A DNA stretch of 64,000 nt, taken from an uncultured delta proteobacterium (lineage in GTDB: Bacteria; Desulfobacterota; Desulfobacteria; Desulfobacterales; B30-G6). Positions 55,776-64,000 of the stretch are shown piece by piece; the stretch's first letter is position 1; the number at the start of each line of letters is the position of its first letter. The notes under the pieces were generated by a model. That model was not told the origin of the DNA. It did no database searches and worked only from the letters and a program-made list of their open reading frames with translations. The translations under genes and the position numbers were made by a program. The DNA lies in assembly GCA_963823335.1 (NCBI GenBank), contig CAWGLD010000001.1, forward strand, positions 1,856,001-1,920,000, read 5' to 3'.

Positions 55776-57329
55776 ATGGAAAGTGTTAGAGCCGACGAGC
55801 AATATTTACTGCTCAAAGTGGCTGTGGTCGCCAGAGGCTACCGCGCGCTGTCTGTGATGCGAATGCTCAGCGAAATCAAACCGGGCAGGCTGCGCTTGCA
55901 GCTGGTGGCGATTGCCACGGTCAATAAATCCATTGCCTGCTCCAAATTCGCCGGTGACGTGGGTGTAGCGGTTTATGACGATCCCATGGATCTGCTGGCT
56001 GTGGAGCACCTGGATTTGATTCTCGAGATGACCGGAGACGCACAGACACTGGCCCGCATAGTCACGAACAAGCCACCTTCCATCGGCATATTGGACCGTC
56101 AGGCGTCAATGCTCATTTTCGATATCGCCGGGTTGTACCAACAGGTATCAGCACGTGAATCAGAAATCAGCCTGGCTTCCTCCTTTGCTTCCGCGTTGTT
56201 GGAGGCTTCGCCGGACGGGGTTATGGTCCTTGACCGCGACTATCGGATTATCAATTGCAATGAATCACCCATCATCACCGGCGGAAAAGGACGAGAATTC
56301 GCCCTTGGAAGATCTTGCTTTGACCTGATCCATAATTTCAGAGACGTATGTAGTAACCAAGAGCTGAGATGTCCGATGGAGGAAGTGCTCAAGACCGGTC
56401 GACCAGCCCGGACAGTTCACGAGACCCAACCGGGCAGCCCGGATACCCGGGTCCACCAATCCACAGCCTACCCATTGACCAACTCCGTTGGTGAGATCGT
56501 ACAAATCGTGGTCTCTATCCGGGACATTACCCAGGAATTGACGGACAGGGTAGAACAACGCACCCAGGTCATCAAAAATGATCTTGTACAGTTTGTACGT
56601 GAAGATCGCCTGGCCTCTCTCGGTCGGCTTGTGGCTTCCGTATGCCATGAAATCAACAATCCCATTGCCAGTATCCTGACATTCAACAAGCTCATCTTAC
56701 GCTGTATTCAGGAAGACGAGTTGCCGGAGGAAGGTATGCAAGCCTTCAGCCACTATCTGGATATCTGTGTCCGGGAGGCCCTGCGCTGTGGTCAGATCGT
56801 CAAAAATCTGCTTACTTTTGCCAGACAAAAAAACATCGAACTCATTCAGATCGACCTGAAAGAAATGATTGATACCATACTGGTCCTCACGGGTCATCAA
56901 TTGGAAATGAACGGTATTGCCTATGATCTGAATCTGCCGGAAACATCCTTCATTGCAAAAGGAGATTATACCCAGATTCAACAGTGCCTGATGAATCTCA
57001 TTTTCAATGCCATGGAGTCTATGACGGACGGTGGAACATTGACCTTGGCGGGCGGACAGGACCGTAAAATGAAAACAGTCTGGGTGACCGTGGCCGACAC
57101 CGGCTACGGGATTGATCCGGAAGACCTGCCCCGTATTTTCGAGCCTTTCTATACCACCAAAAAAGAAGGTAAAGGTGTCGGGCTTGGACTGTCAATGGTA
57201 TATGGAATTATCCGCGAACACCAAGGGACCGTTGAAGTCCAAAGCGAACCAGGCCAGGGATCCCTGTTCAAACTCACCTTGCCCGCTGGTGTTGAAGCCC
57301 TTCAGGAAACCAAAGGAGAAGACACATGA
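55776..57329 (+). CDS. cytoplasmic histidine kinase with an N-terminal Rossmann-like domain and PAS
   Basis: KVAVVARG...LDLILEMTGD, PAS (SPDGVMVLD..CFDLIH..CP), VCHEINNP, NAMES, DTGYG, GVGLGL. Confidence 0.9.
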   Translation: MESVRADEQYLLLKVAVVARGYRALSVMRMLSEIKPGRLRLQLVAIATVNKSIACSKFAGDVGVAVYDDPMDLLAVEHLDLILEMTGDAQTLARIVTNKPPSIGILDRQASMLIFDIAGLYQQVSARESEISLASSFASALLEASPDGVMVLDRDYRIINCNESPIITGGKGREFALGRSCFDLIHNFRDVCSNQELRCPMEEVLKTGRPARTVHETQPGSPDTRVHQSTAYPLTNSVGEIVQIVVSIRDITQELTDRVEQRTQVIKNDLVQFVREDRLASLGRLVASVCHEINNPIASILTFNKLILRCIQEDELPEEGMQAFSHYLDICVREALRCGQIVKNLLTFARQKNIELIQIDLKEMIDTILVLTGHQLEMNGIAYDLNLPETSFIAKGDYTQIQQCLMNLIFNAMESMTDGGTLTLAGGQDRKMKTVWVTVADTGYGIDPEDLPRIFEPFYTTKKEGKGVGLGLSMVYGIIREHQGTVEVQSEPGQGSLFKLTLPAGVEALQETKGEDT

Positions 57330-58678
57330 TACAATCGATGCGGATACTCATTGTGGATGACGAGGAGCCGATTCGCGAGGCTTTGGGTGCCTGGCTTGTC
57401 AAAGATGGATATCAGGTCGACACAGCCGATTCAGGACAGACGGCCTTGGTGTGTATTGAAAAAGGCTTGTTTGATCTGTATCTGGTGGACATTAAGATGC
57501 CGGGGATGGGCGGGATCGAGCTCCTCGGGAGGATCAAGGAAATTCAAGCGGATGCCAACGTCATTATGATCACCGCTCACGGGTCTATCCAGACAGCTGT
57601 GGAAGCCATGAAACGCGGTGCCTGCGATTATATCTGCAAACCTTTTGATCCGGACGAACTGTCTTTGATGACTGAACGGGTGTCGGCCAACCAGGCTCTG
57701 AAAAATGAAAACCTGGTGTTGCGTGAACAGCTCATGGAGCAGCAGGAAACCTCTTTTGAGGGTATCGTGGTGGCCTCTGATGCGCTGCAGGAGGTGTTCA
57801 ACAGTCTGGTGGAGGTGGCACCGTCGTCGGCACCGGTGCTTATCACCGGCGAAACAGGTGTAGGCAAAGAGATGGTGGCCCGGGCAATTCACATGCAGAG
57901 CGGCAATGCCTATGGACCCTTTGTTGCCATCAACTGCGGTGCTCAATCTGAAACGCTTCTGGAGAGCGAGCTCTTCGGTCATGAACGTGGCGCGTTTACA
58001 GGCGCAGTCAAAGCCCGCCGGGGAAGATTGGAAATGGCCAACAACGGAACCCTGTTTCTGGACGAAATCGGGGAGATTTCACCAAAAATGCAGATCAGTC
58101 TGTTGCGTGTTCTGGAAGAAAAACGTTTTCAGCGGCTTGGGGGGAGTCAGGAGATCAGTTCGAGTTTCCGACTGATATGTGCGACACATCGCAATCTCCC
58201 TCAGCTGATCAAAGAGGATCAGTTCCGCGAGGACTTCTATTATCGCATCAATGTTATCTCCATCGACATTCCTCCCTTGCGTGAGCGACTGGCTGACGTC
58301 CCGGTGCTTGCTGATCACTTTCTTGTTCAATTTGTCCAGGAAACAGGCAAACGCCTGGAAGGGTGGACCCAACGGGCCATCGGGATGTTGATGGCTTATC
58401 ACTGGCCGGGAAATGTCCGTGAGTTGCGCAACGTGGTGGAAAGGGCTGTGGTGCTTGCCCGGGGTCGAATGATCGGTGCCGATGAGCTCTCGTTTCTTCA
58501 GCCCGGTAAAGATGATTGCCATTTCGGGACCATGACCCTCAAAGAAGTGGAGGTCAGTCATCTAAAGATCGCTCTGGACGCTACGGGCTGGAACATTTCA
58601 AGAGCTGCAGAGCAGTTGGACATCGACCGGGGCACGCTGGCCAGAAAAATAAAACGTTACCAACTGACCAGGACCTAA
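57326..58678 (+). CDS. sigma-54-dependent response regulator (NtrC/AtoC family)
   Basis: REC (VDDE, DIKMP, KPFD), [31 protein letters not shown] overlap with the kinase. Confidence 0.95.
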   Translation: MIQSMRILIVDDEEPIREALGAWLVKDGYQVDTADSGQTALVCIEKGLFDLYLVDIKMPGMGGIELLGRIKEIQADANVIMITAHGSIQTAVEAMKRGACDYICKPFDPDELSLMTERVSANQALKNENLVLREQLMEQQETSFEGIVVASDALQEVFNSLVEVAPSSAPVLITGETGVGKEMVARAIHMQSGNAYGPFVAINCGAQSETLLESELFGHERGAFTGAVKARRGRLEMANNGTLFLDEIGEISPKMQISLLRVLEEKRFQRLGGSQEISSSFRLICATHRNLPQLIKEDQFREDFYYRINVISIDIPPLRERLADVPVLADHFLVQFVQETGKRLEGWTQRAIGMLMAYHWPGNVRELRNVVERAVVLARGRMIGADELSFLQPGKDDCHFGTMTLKEVEVSHLKIALDATGWNISRAAEQLDIDRGTLARKIKRYQLTRT

Positions 58679-58679
58679 A

Positions 58680-58822
58680 TAGCCCATCCACAAAGGGCTC
58701 TTTGCGCGATTTCTGCGTTGAGCGTCATGATTAGAATCCTCAAAATAGCCAGCTATTCCTGCGGTTCAAATCTGACGCCCGCCTTAAACTCACGCAAAAT
58801 TTCTCATCCGTGGATGGCACTA
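58680..58822 (+). repeat. long-hairpin (REPIN/MITE-like) element H4
   Basis: CCATCCAC / GTGGATGG termini; core TTTCTGCGTTG...ATAGCCAGCTAT...CGCCTTAA. Confidence 0.75.
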
Positions 58823-58838
58823 ACTAAACTTATGCCGG

Positions 58839-59408
58839 GTGAATGATTTGGCCAGTGATCAAGCGAAATCCAAAACCAGGGCCCTCATCGATTTAATCCC
58901 GCTTGGACGTGTCGATCAGCTGGCAGTTTCCATCGTAGCGGCAAATCTGCAGGCCATCCTCGGTTTGAACAGCAATGTTTCAGAGCCCAGGCAGGATCCG
59001 GAATACGCATTGCTGCCACAAAGGAAGCAGTTCGATGCTCTGAAAATTATTAAAGAACTTTCCAGAGAAACACACGGGGCTCCGTTCAAACTGGGTGTAA
59101 CGGCCCTCGACATCTGTACGCCTATCCTTACGTTTGTCTACGGTGAATCGCAGCTTGGAGGGAACATCGCGCTGATTTCCCTGAATCGGCTTGAGGGGGA
59201 TCGTGCTGAGTTGGCATATGAACGGGTGGTAAAAATCGGTGTTCATGAAGTCGGACATATACTGGGACTGGAGCACTGCTGGGAAGTCCGGTGTCTGATG
59301 CATTTCAGCCGCAATCTCGAGCAGCTCGATTCCCTGCCGCTGCAATTCTGTTCTGCCTGTGAATTTGAAACCACCCGGCGCATCAAGTCTTTGAACGGCA
59401 GGTGCTAA
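58839..59408 (+). CDS. archaemetzincin (M54) zinc metalloprotease
   Basis: RKQFDA, FVYGE, HEVGHILGLEHC..CLM..FCSAC (HExxHxxGxxH plus a Cys4 zinc finger). Confidence 0.9.
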   Translation: MNDLASDQAKSKTRALIDLIPLGRVDQLAVSIVAANLQAILGLNSNVSEPRQDPEYALLPQRKQFDALKIIKELSRETHGAPFKLGVTALDICTPILTFVYGESQLGGNIALISLNRLEGDRAELAYERVVKIGVHEVGHILGLEHCWEVRCLMHFSRNLEQLDSLPLQFCSACEFETTRRIKSLNGRC

Positions 59409-59466
59409 CCCCGAAGGTTGCAGCGGAGTTAGCGAGTGAATCTGATTATAAAATCGTTCTGTGATT

Positions 59467-60378
59467 TTATTTGAGGAACGTTTTTACCAGACGATCCCAG
59501 CCGATTTCGGGCACCGCTCCATAGATATCGTCGATTGCCTCACCACCGGTTGCTGCCATCCGGTAGTCTCCCCCCTCGTCCAGCAGGGTGGTCAGTCGTG
59601 ATGCTTCGTCATCGGTCCACGCCAGGCTTTCAACGCCGAACAAGAGGTTCTTGAGACTCTTACGAAGATTGTTCGGCTGAACAACCATGAGCCACCCTTC
59701 AGCGTAGGGAGACGTATTGACGTCTTTGGAATTGCCGCTAATTCTCGGGTTAACCGCAACCACCGTACCATCCAGAGGACTCAGTGTTTCAGCTTCGTTG
59801 TTTCCTCTGACCATTGTGGCTTGGGGTCTGTTTTGTTCCATGGATGCTCCGAGCCGCGGAAGCTTGATTTCATCCTGGGGGCCGAGCAATCTCAGAGCAA
59901 AATCGTCGATTCCCACCCGGACCCGACCACCATATTCAACGCGCGCCCAGGTATGACCGTAATGGTAGTAGTGATCCCTGGCGACAGAAAAGCCGGATAC
60001 GTGATCACAGACCGGTGGTGTCAGAGCAGGCATCACGGCTCCGTCTTCTATCATCTGGTCGTAAGGGCATTTTACACAATTGTAATTGTGGGCACACATT
60101 TTATAATCCACCCGACCGCTCAACATGTGCCGGCATTTTCCCTGGTTTTCCAGCAAACCCATTCGAGGCGTGCGGAAGTCAGCCCTTGAACGTCCGGCCG
60201 CATTTTCCCTGGCCTGGAAATCCGCCTGAACTTTCTGATCGAAGGCACAGCCGAGGCAATCAAAAGCATTGATGCACATCAAGGACTTCACCACACCTGC
60301 TTTAGCCCAGACACACTGATTGTTTGAGAGACCGAAAACATTTGGGCGTCCGGCTTTTTTTCTAGTGTTCTCAACCAT
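59467..60378 (-). CDS. GcvH-like protein with two N-terminal Cys4 repeats and no lipoyl-lysine
   Basis: YHYGHTWARVE..VRVGIDDFA..SPLDGTVVAVN..NTSPYAEGW; the ESVK site is replaced by VRGNN; 2x C-x12-C-x5-C-x2-C; SD AGGAGG. Confidence 0.85.
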   Translation of the reverse strand: MVENTRKKAGRPNVFGLSNNQCVWAKAGVVKSLMCINAFDCLGCAFDQKVQADFQARENAAGRSRADFRTPRMGLLENQGKCRHMLSGRVDYKMCAHNYNCVKCPYDQMIEDGAVMPALTPPVCDHVSGFSVARDHYYHYGHTWARVEYGGRVRVGIDDFALRLLGPQDEIKLPRLGASMEQNRPQATMVRGNNEAETLSPLDGTVVAVNPRISGNSKDVNTSPYAEGWLMVVQPNNLRKSLKNLLFGVESLAWTDDEASRLTTLLDEGGDYRMAATGGEAIDDIYGAVPEIGWDRLVKTFLK

Positions 60379-60452
60379 GACTTCCTCCTTTTGTTGATGA
60401 TATTTGAGATGTATATTTGCGTTGTCTGTTTACCTATTTGCCTATCACTAAG

Positions 60453-60469
60453 AGCATAAACCAGGCCAA
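60453..60469 (-). promoter_or_regulatory. putative sigma-54 (-24/-12) promoter of the GcvH-like gene
   Basis: Minus strand TTGGCCTGGTTTATGCT = GG-N10-GC, about 75 nt upstream of the ATG, preceded by AT-rich DNA. Confidence 0.65.
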
Positions 60470-60718
60470 ACCATCCAACCCAGCGTGGATTATTTTTAAT
60501 TGTCTTAAATTACAGTGAATAATTATTTAAACCAGGATTGGTTGAAAACATACAGGATGGCGGATAAAAGCGGCGAAATGCAGCACCAAAAACTATTATA
60601 ATTAAAAATAGGATAAAAAATCGGTTAGTTATGTCTGTGGGGCAAAATGTCTGGGTATGCGGCATGTTGCAGCAGCTGCATTCTGCCGCACAGTCCTATA
60701 CTGCATGCTTGCTATACA

Positions 60719-61240
60719 TCAACGATGTTTCGACGTTCTTGTTTTCGCCGGTTTTGTTTTCACAGCAGTGGCGGGGTTGTTCTGGGGGCTTTGCAGCCGG
60801 ATGCCGTCTTTCTCGAGGGTGATCAGTCTTCTCTTGTACAGATTACCGATACTTTTCTTGAAGGTTTTTTTGCTGACACCGAAAAGATCAGCGATTACCT
60901 TGGGTCGGCTTTTATCGGTGACGGCAATAAACCCATCCTGCTGAAGCCTGCTCATAATTTTCTTGGACAGCATATCGATGGTTTTGTAGCCGGATTTTTG
61001 CAGGCTGAGATCCAATTTTTGATCGTCACGTATTTTTTTGATAAACCCGTCAATTTCCTGACCGATTTTCAAGGGCTGAAACACTTCATTCTTGTACAGG
61101 ATTCCCTTGTGAGTGCCATTGACCACGGCGACATAACCCATCTCGGTTCGCGTGGATATGAGCAGCGCTACTTTCTGGCCTTCCCGAAAACCGGTCGGCT
61201 CTTTTTGGGGGGTATCTTTTGCATGTTCACGCATTTCCAT
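60719..61240 (-). CDS. short CvfB-like protein (S1 domains + winged helix); start uncertain
   Basis: GILYKNEVF, GFIKKIRDDQKLDLSL, DKSRP..FGVSKKTFKKSIGNLYK. Confidence 0.8.
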   Translation of the reverse strand: MEMREHAKDTPQKEPTGFREGQKVALLISTRTEMGYVAVVNGTHKGILYKNEVFQPLKIGQEIDGFIKKIRDDQKLDLSLQKSGYKTIDMLSKKIMSRLQQDGFIAVTDKSRPKVIADLFGVSKKTFKKSIGNLYKRRLITLEKDGIRLQSPQNNPATAVKTKPAKTRTSKHR

Positions 61241-61283
61241 TGCCTGCTGGGGCAATGGGCGCCGGTGGTCCGGCTTAGCGGTC

Positions 61284-61427
61284 TTACGTTGAAGGGGTCG
61301 GGTCGTTTTCGGTTTCATCGGTTTCAACCATCTTGTTTTCCAGCTTACGCTGTTTTTTTTCTTCTTTCTTCATTTTTTTGTCCAATTCTTTCTGACGCTT
61401 TTTGAACTGGTAATAGGATTTTGCCAT
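61284..61427 (-). CDS. small basic hypothetical protein
   Basis: MAKSYYQFKKRQKELDKKMKKEEKKQRK, Lys/Glu-rich and helix-like; SD-like AGGGA upstream. Confidence 0.6.
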   Translation of the reverse strand: MAKSYYQFKKRQKELDKKMKKEEKKQRKLENKMVETDETENDPTPST

Positions 61428-61526
61428 GTCGTATGTTCCCTGTTTGGTTGCCGTCTCGACACATTTACTGATTGCAGTCAATAGGATATGGAACGGTAAA
61501 GTTGTGGTTTGAGACCATGGAACATT

Positions 61527-61561
61527 AAAAAAGGCATCCCCGTTTCACAGGAGATGCCTTT
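61527..61561 (-). terminator. Rho-independent terminator of the csp on the minus strand
   Basis: AAAGGCATC..GATGCCTTT stem with a minus-strand U run. Confidence 0.75.
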
Positions 61562-61578
61562 CATTGTCTCAAAACAGG

Positions 61579-61779
61579 TTAGACAACACTCACATTGGCA
61601 GCAGCCGGGCCTTTATTCCCTTGCTCAATGTCAAACGTCACGCTCGCACCTTCATCGAGAGATTTAAAACCGGTTGCATTGATTGCGCTATGATGCACAA
61701 ATACATCCGGTCCGTCTTCCTGCTCTATGAATCCAAAACCCTTGCGGTCATTAAACCACTTAACAATTCCATTTGTCAT
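61579..61779 (-). CDS. cold-shock protein (CspA family)
   Basis: GIVKWFN, KGFGFI (RNP1), DVFVHHS (RNP2), KGPAAANV. Confidence 0.97.
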   Translation of the reverse strand: MTNGIVKWFNDRKGFGFIEQEDGPDVFVHHSAINATGFKSLDEGASVTFDIEQGNKGPAAANVSVV

Positions 61780-62177
61780 AATATCATCCTCCTTTCAAAA
61801 TATTTCAACGTTGCAGACTGAAGGATGATAGCGTTTACAAAACGGATAGTTCCTGCAGAAAGAAACATTCCCTCCAATTTACTGTGGGATTTGATTGATA
61901 GGATCATACTAAGCACCTTTTAAGACAATAGCAAGGCCATTAACGTAAATATCCGTTTCAGGGTAGGAATCGGGCGCCATCCGACACCGGAGAAAAAGAA
62001 TCCTAAAAAAAATAAATAGCTTGCATTCGCAATAAAACGTGTTAATATAACTGGATTCAACATGGCTCCGCTTTTAGTTATGGCGGGGCGGTTTTTTTCT
62101 GAAGGAACAAATCATCTTTTGGCGTTTCATCCTCCAGTTTAAAATTTTGAGCATTTCATTGAAAGGAGGATGACACC

Positions 62178-62378
62178 ATGGCCAACGGAACAGTTAAATG
62201 GTTTAACGACCAAAAAGGATTCGGCTTTATTGAACAGGAAGATGGACCGGATGTATTTGTGCATCATAGCGCAATCAATGCAACCGGTTTTAAAAGCCTC
62301 AGTGAAGGCGATCGGGTTTCTTTTGACATTGAGCAGGGAAATAAAGGCCCTGCTGCGGCAAATGTTACCGTCGTCTAG
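62178..62378 (+). CDS. cold-shock protein (CspA family)
   Basis: GTVKWFN, KGFGFI, DVFVHHS; close paralog of 61579-61779. Confidence 0.97.
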   Translation: MANGTVKWFNDQKGFGFIEQEDGPDVFVHHSAINATGFKSLSEGDRVSFDIEQGNKGPAAANVTVV

Positions 62379-62394
62379 AGTTCAACATCTGTAG

Positions 62395-62424
62395 AAAAAG
62401 GGCATGCCTTCAGGGGTGCCCTTT
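62395..62424 (+). terminator. terminator hairpin after the csp on the plus strand
   Basis: AAAGGGCATGCC-TTCA-GGGGTGCCCTTT. Confidence 0.65.
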
Positions 62425-62633
62425 ATCATTTTTGAGTGATTTCCGGGGAAGAAGACCACACGCCCGCTCTCGCCTTTAACGTTGCTTCGGACATCTCACT
62501 CTTTTAAATCATCTCAAAAATAGAATTTTGTCCAAATCCTGTGTGCGAACCACAACGTGCCCTTTGATGATGGGTACTGCTTGCTTTTCCAGTGAAAAAT
62601 AAGCAAAAAAATGAAAGGCAAAAGGTATGTTGC

Positions 62634-62918
62634 ATGAATATCTATATCGGAAATTTATCTTTTAACACCACCGAAGAGACCTTGAAGTCTTTGTTCGTAG
62701 CCTTCGGCGATGTCGAAAATGTCAAAGTGATCAAGGACAGGTTTTCCGGCAGATCAAAGGGATTCGGTTTTCTTGAAATGCCCAGCAACTCCGAAGCGGA
62801 CCAGGCAATCAAGGCCTTGAATGGAAATCGCATTGACGGCAACAACATAAAAGTAAAGCCCGCAGATTCGGGCGGGAAAAAAAAGAACAAACGCTCCTTT
62901 CGAAAAAGGAATTATTAA
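62634..62918 (+). CDS. RRM-domain RNA-binding protein
   Basis: NIYIGNL (RNP2), RSKGFGFLEM (RNP1), AIKALNG. Confidence 0.95.
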   Translation: MNIYIGNLSFNTTEETLKSLFVAFGDVENVKVIKDRFSGRSKGFGFLEMPSNSEADQAIKALNGNRIDGNNIKVKPADSGGKKKNKRSFRKRNY

Positions 62919-62956
62919 AACAGTAACGGTTTTATTTACATAAGGAACATAATCAT

Positions 62957-64000
62957 TTGAATTTTAAAAAATTTTTGTTTCATCCCCCCATTGCGGCAGG
63001 TATTGAAGCCGCCGGTTATTCCACACCAACCCCCATTCAAACCCAAGCCATTCCCAAGGTTATGCAAGGCCGTGACTTGATGGGACTGGCCCAGACCGGC
63101 ACAGGAAAAACAGCTGTCTTTGTGTTACCGATTTTACATCGATTGTTGCACGGCAAGCGTGGACGGGTCCGCGCTTTGATCGTTGCTCCCACCCGTGAAC
63201 TGGCCGAACAGATTCATGAGGCCATTGAAGTTCTGGGATCTAAAACCGGTTTGCGAAGCGTTACGGTTTATGGCGGTGTTGGCATTCAGCGGCAGATTCA
63301 GTTACTGAAACATGCCGATATCGTTGTTGCCTGCCCCGGGCGACTTCTGGACCATATTGGACGGCAGACCGTCGATCTTTCACACGTGGAAGTGCTGGTG
63401 CTCGACGAAGCCGACCAGATGTTCGATATGGGATTTTTACCGGACATTCGCCGGATTTTAGGCCACCTGCCAAAATCGGATCGCCAGACCTTATTGTTTT
63501 CGGCTACCATGCCCAGTCAAATACGTTGTCTGGCAGATGAGGTTTTAAAAAATCAGGTCAGAGTGCAGGTCGGGCATGATGCGCCTGCAGAAACGGTCAG
63601 TCATGCCTTTTATCCTGTGGCTCAGCATTTGAAGACGGCACTTCTGCTCAAGCTGCTTGGCAACACGAGTACCGACGCTGTCCTGGTTTTCACGCGTACC
63701 AAACATCGCGCCAAGCAGTTGGGAGGAAAACTGGCCAAGGCCGGTTATCGTTCGACCTCATTGCAGGGGAACCTGTCCCAGTCGCGGCGCCAGGACGCCA
63801 TGAACGGTTTCAAATCAGGTAAATATCAGGTGCTGGTGGCAACCGACATTGCAGCCCGCGGTATCGACGTATCCAATATTTCCCACGTCATTAACTATGA
63901 TATGCCCTCTACCCCCGACACCTACATCCACCGTATAGGGAGAACCGGCCGGGCCGAAAACAGCGGTCAGGCATATACCCTGATAACCGATGAAGACAGA
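62957..64000 (+). CDS. DEAD-box RNA helicase (RhlE-like), runs off the window
   Basis: TTG start after TAAGGA; PTPIQ, AQTGTGKT, PTRELA, LDEADQ, FSAT, ATDIAARGID, YIHRIGRTGRA. Confidence 0.95.
   Translation, partial: MNFKKFLFHPPIAAGIEAAGYSTPTPIQTQAIPKVMQGRDLMGLAQTGTGKTAVFVLPILHRLLHGKRGRVRALIVAPTRELAEQIHEAIEVLGSKTGLRSVTVYGGVGIQRQIQLLKHADIVVACPGRLLDHIGRQTVDLSHVEVLVLDEADQMFDMGFLPDIRRILGHLPKSDRQTLLFSATMPSQIRCLADEVLKNQVRVQVGHDAPAETVSHAFYPVAQHLKTALLLKLLGNTSTDAVLVFTRTKHRAKQLGGKLAKAGYRSTSLQGNLSQSRRQDAMNGFKSGKYQVLVATDIAARGIDVSNISHVINYDMPSTPDTYIHRIGRTGRAENSGQAYTLITDEDR

Noticed and set aside
59467-60378. Functional glycine cleavage H protein
   Set aside because: No lipoyl-lysine motif and no other gcv genes nearby.

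Overview
A 64 kb window of chromosomal DNA from an anaerobic Desulfobacterota (Desulfobacterales-like) bacterium. The taxon is inferred from gene content and the style of the intergenic repeats. No rRNA, tRNA, CRISPR array, prophage or intact transposase was seen. Housekeeping genes include argJ, truA, pfkA, purF, sfsA and a pseudouridine synthase. Redox and energy genes include a PerR-like regulator with citrate synthase and TrxB, a full nqrABCDEF whose NqrA carries Fe-S motifs, glutaredoxin/FTR divergent from a stand-alone cooS, an hcp-hcpR region with visible operator palindromes, and system II cytochrome c biogenesis. Also present are three sigma-54 activators, a BKACE / acetoacetate-CoA ligase / amidase remnant / orphan mdcA run, and a cold-shock/RNA-chaperone cluster. 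The best candidates for an undescribed system are: (1) at 49.1-55.6 kb, an acidic-tail protein, a KamA-like radical SAM aminomutase, two divergent Ddl-like ATP-grasp ligases and a GNAT-deacetylase-GNAT fusion; (2) at 55.8-60.5 kb, a Rossmann-PAS kinase, a sigma-54 regulator, an archaemetzincin and a non-lipoylatable Cys-rich GcvH-like protein; (3) a small selenoprotein with a SECIS at 2506-2688 that the ORF track missed. Intergenic spaces carry at least four families of palindromic repeats with compensatory stem changes, including an 18-nt-period array of triloop mini-hairpins. All functional calls come from motif recognition by eye; no database searches were run.
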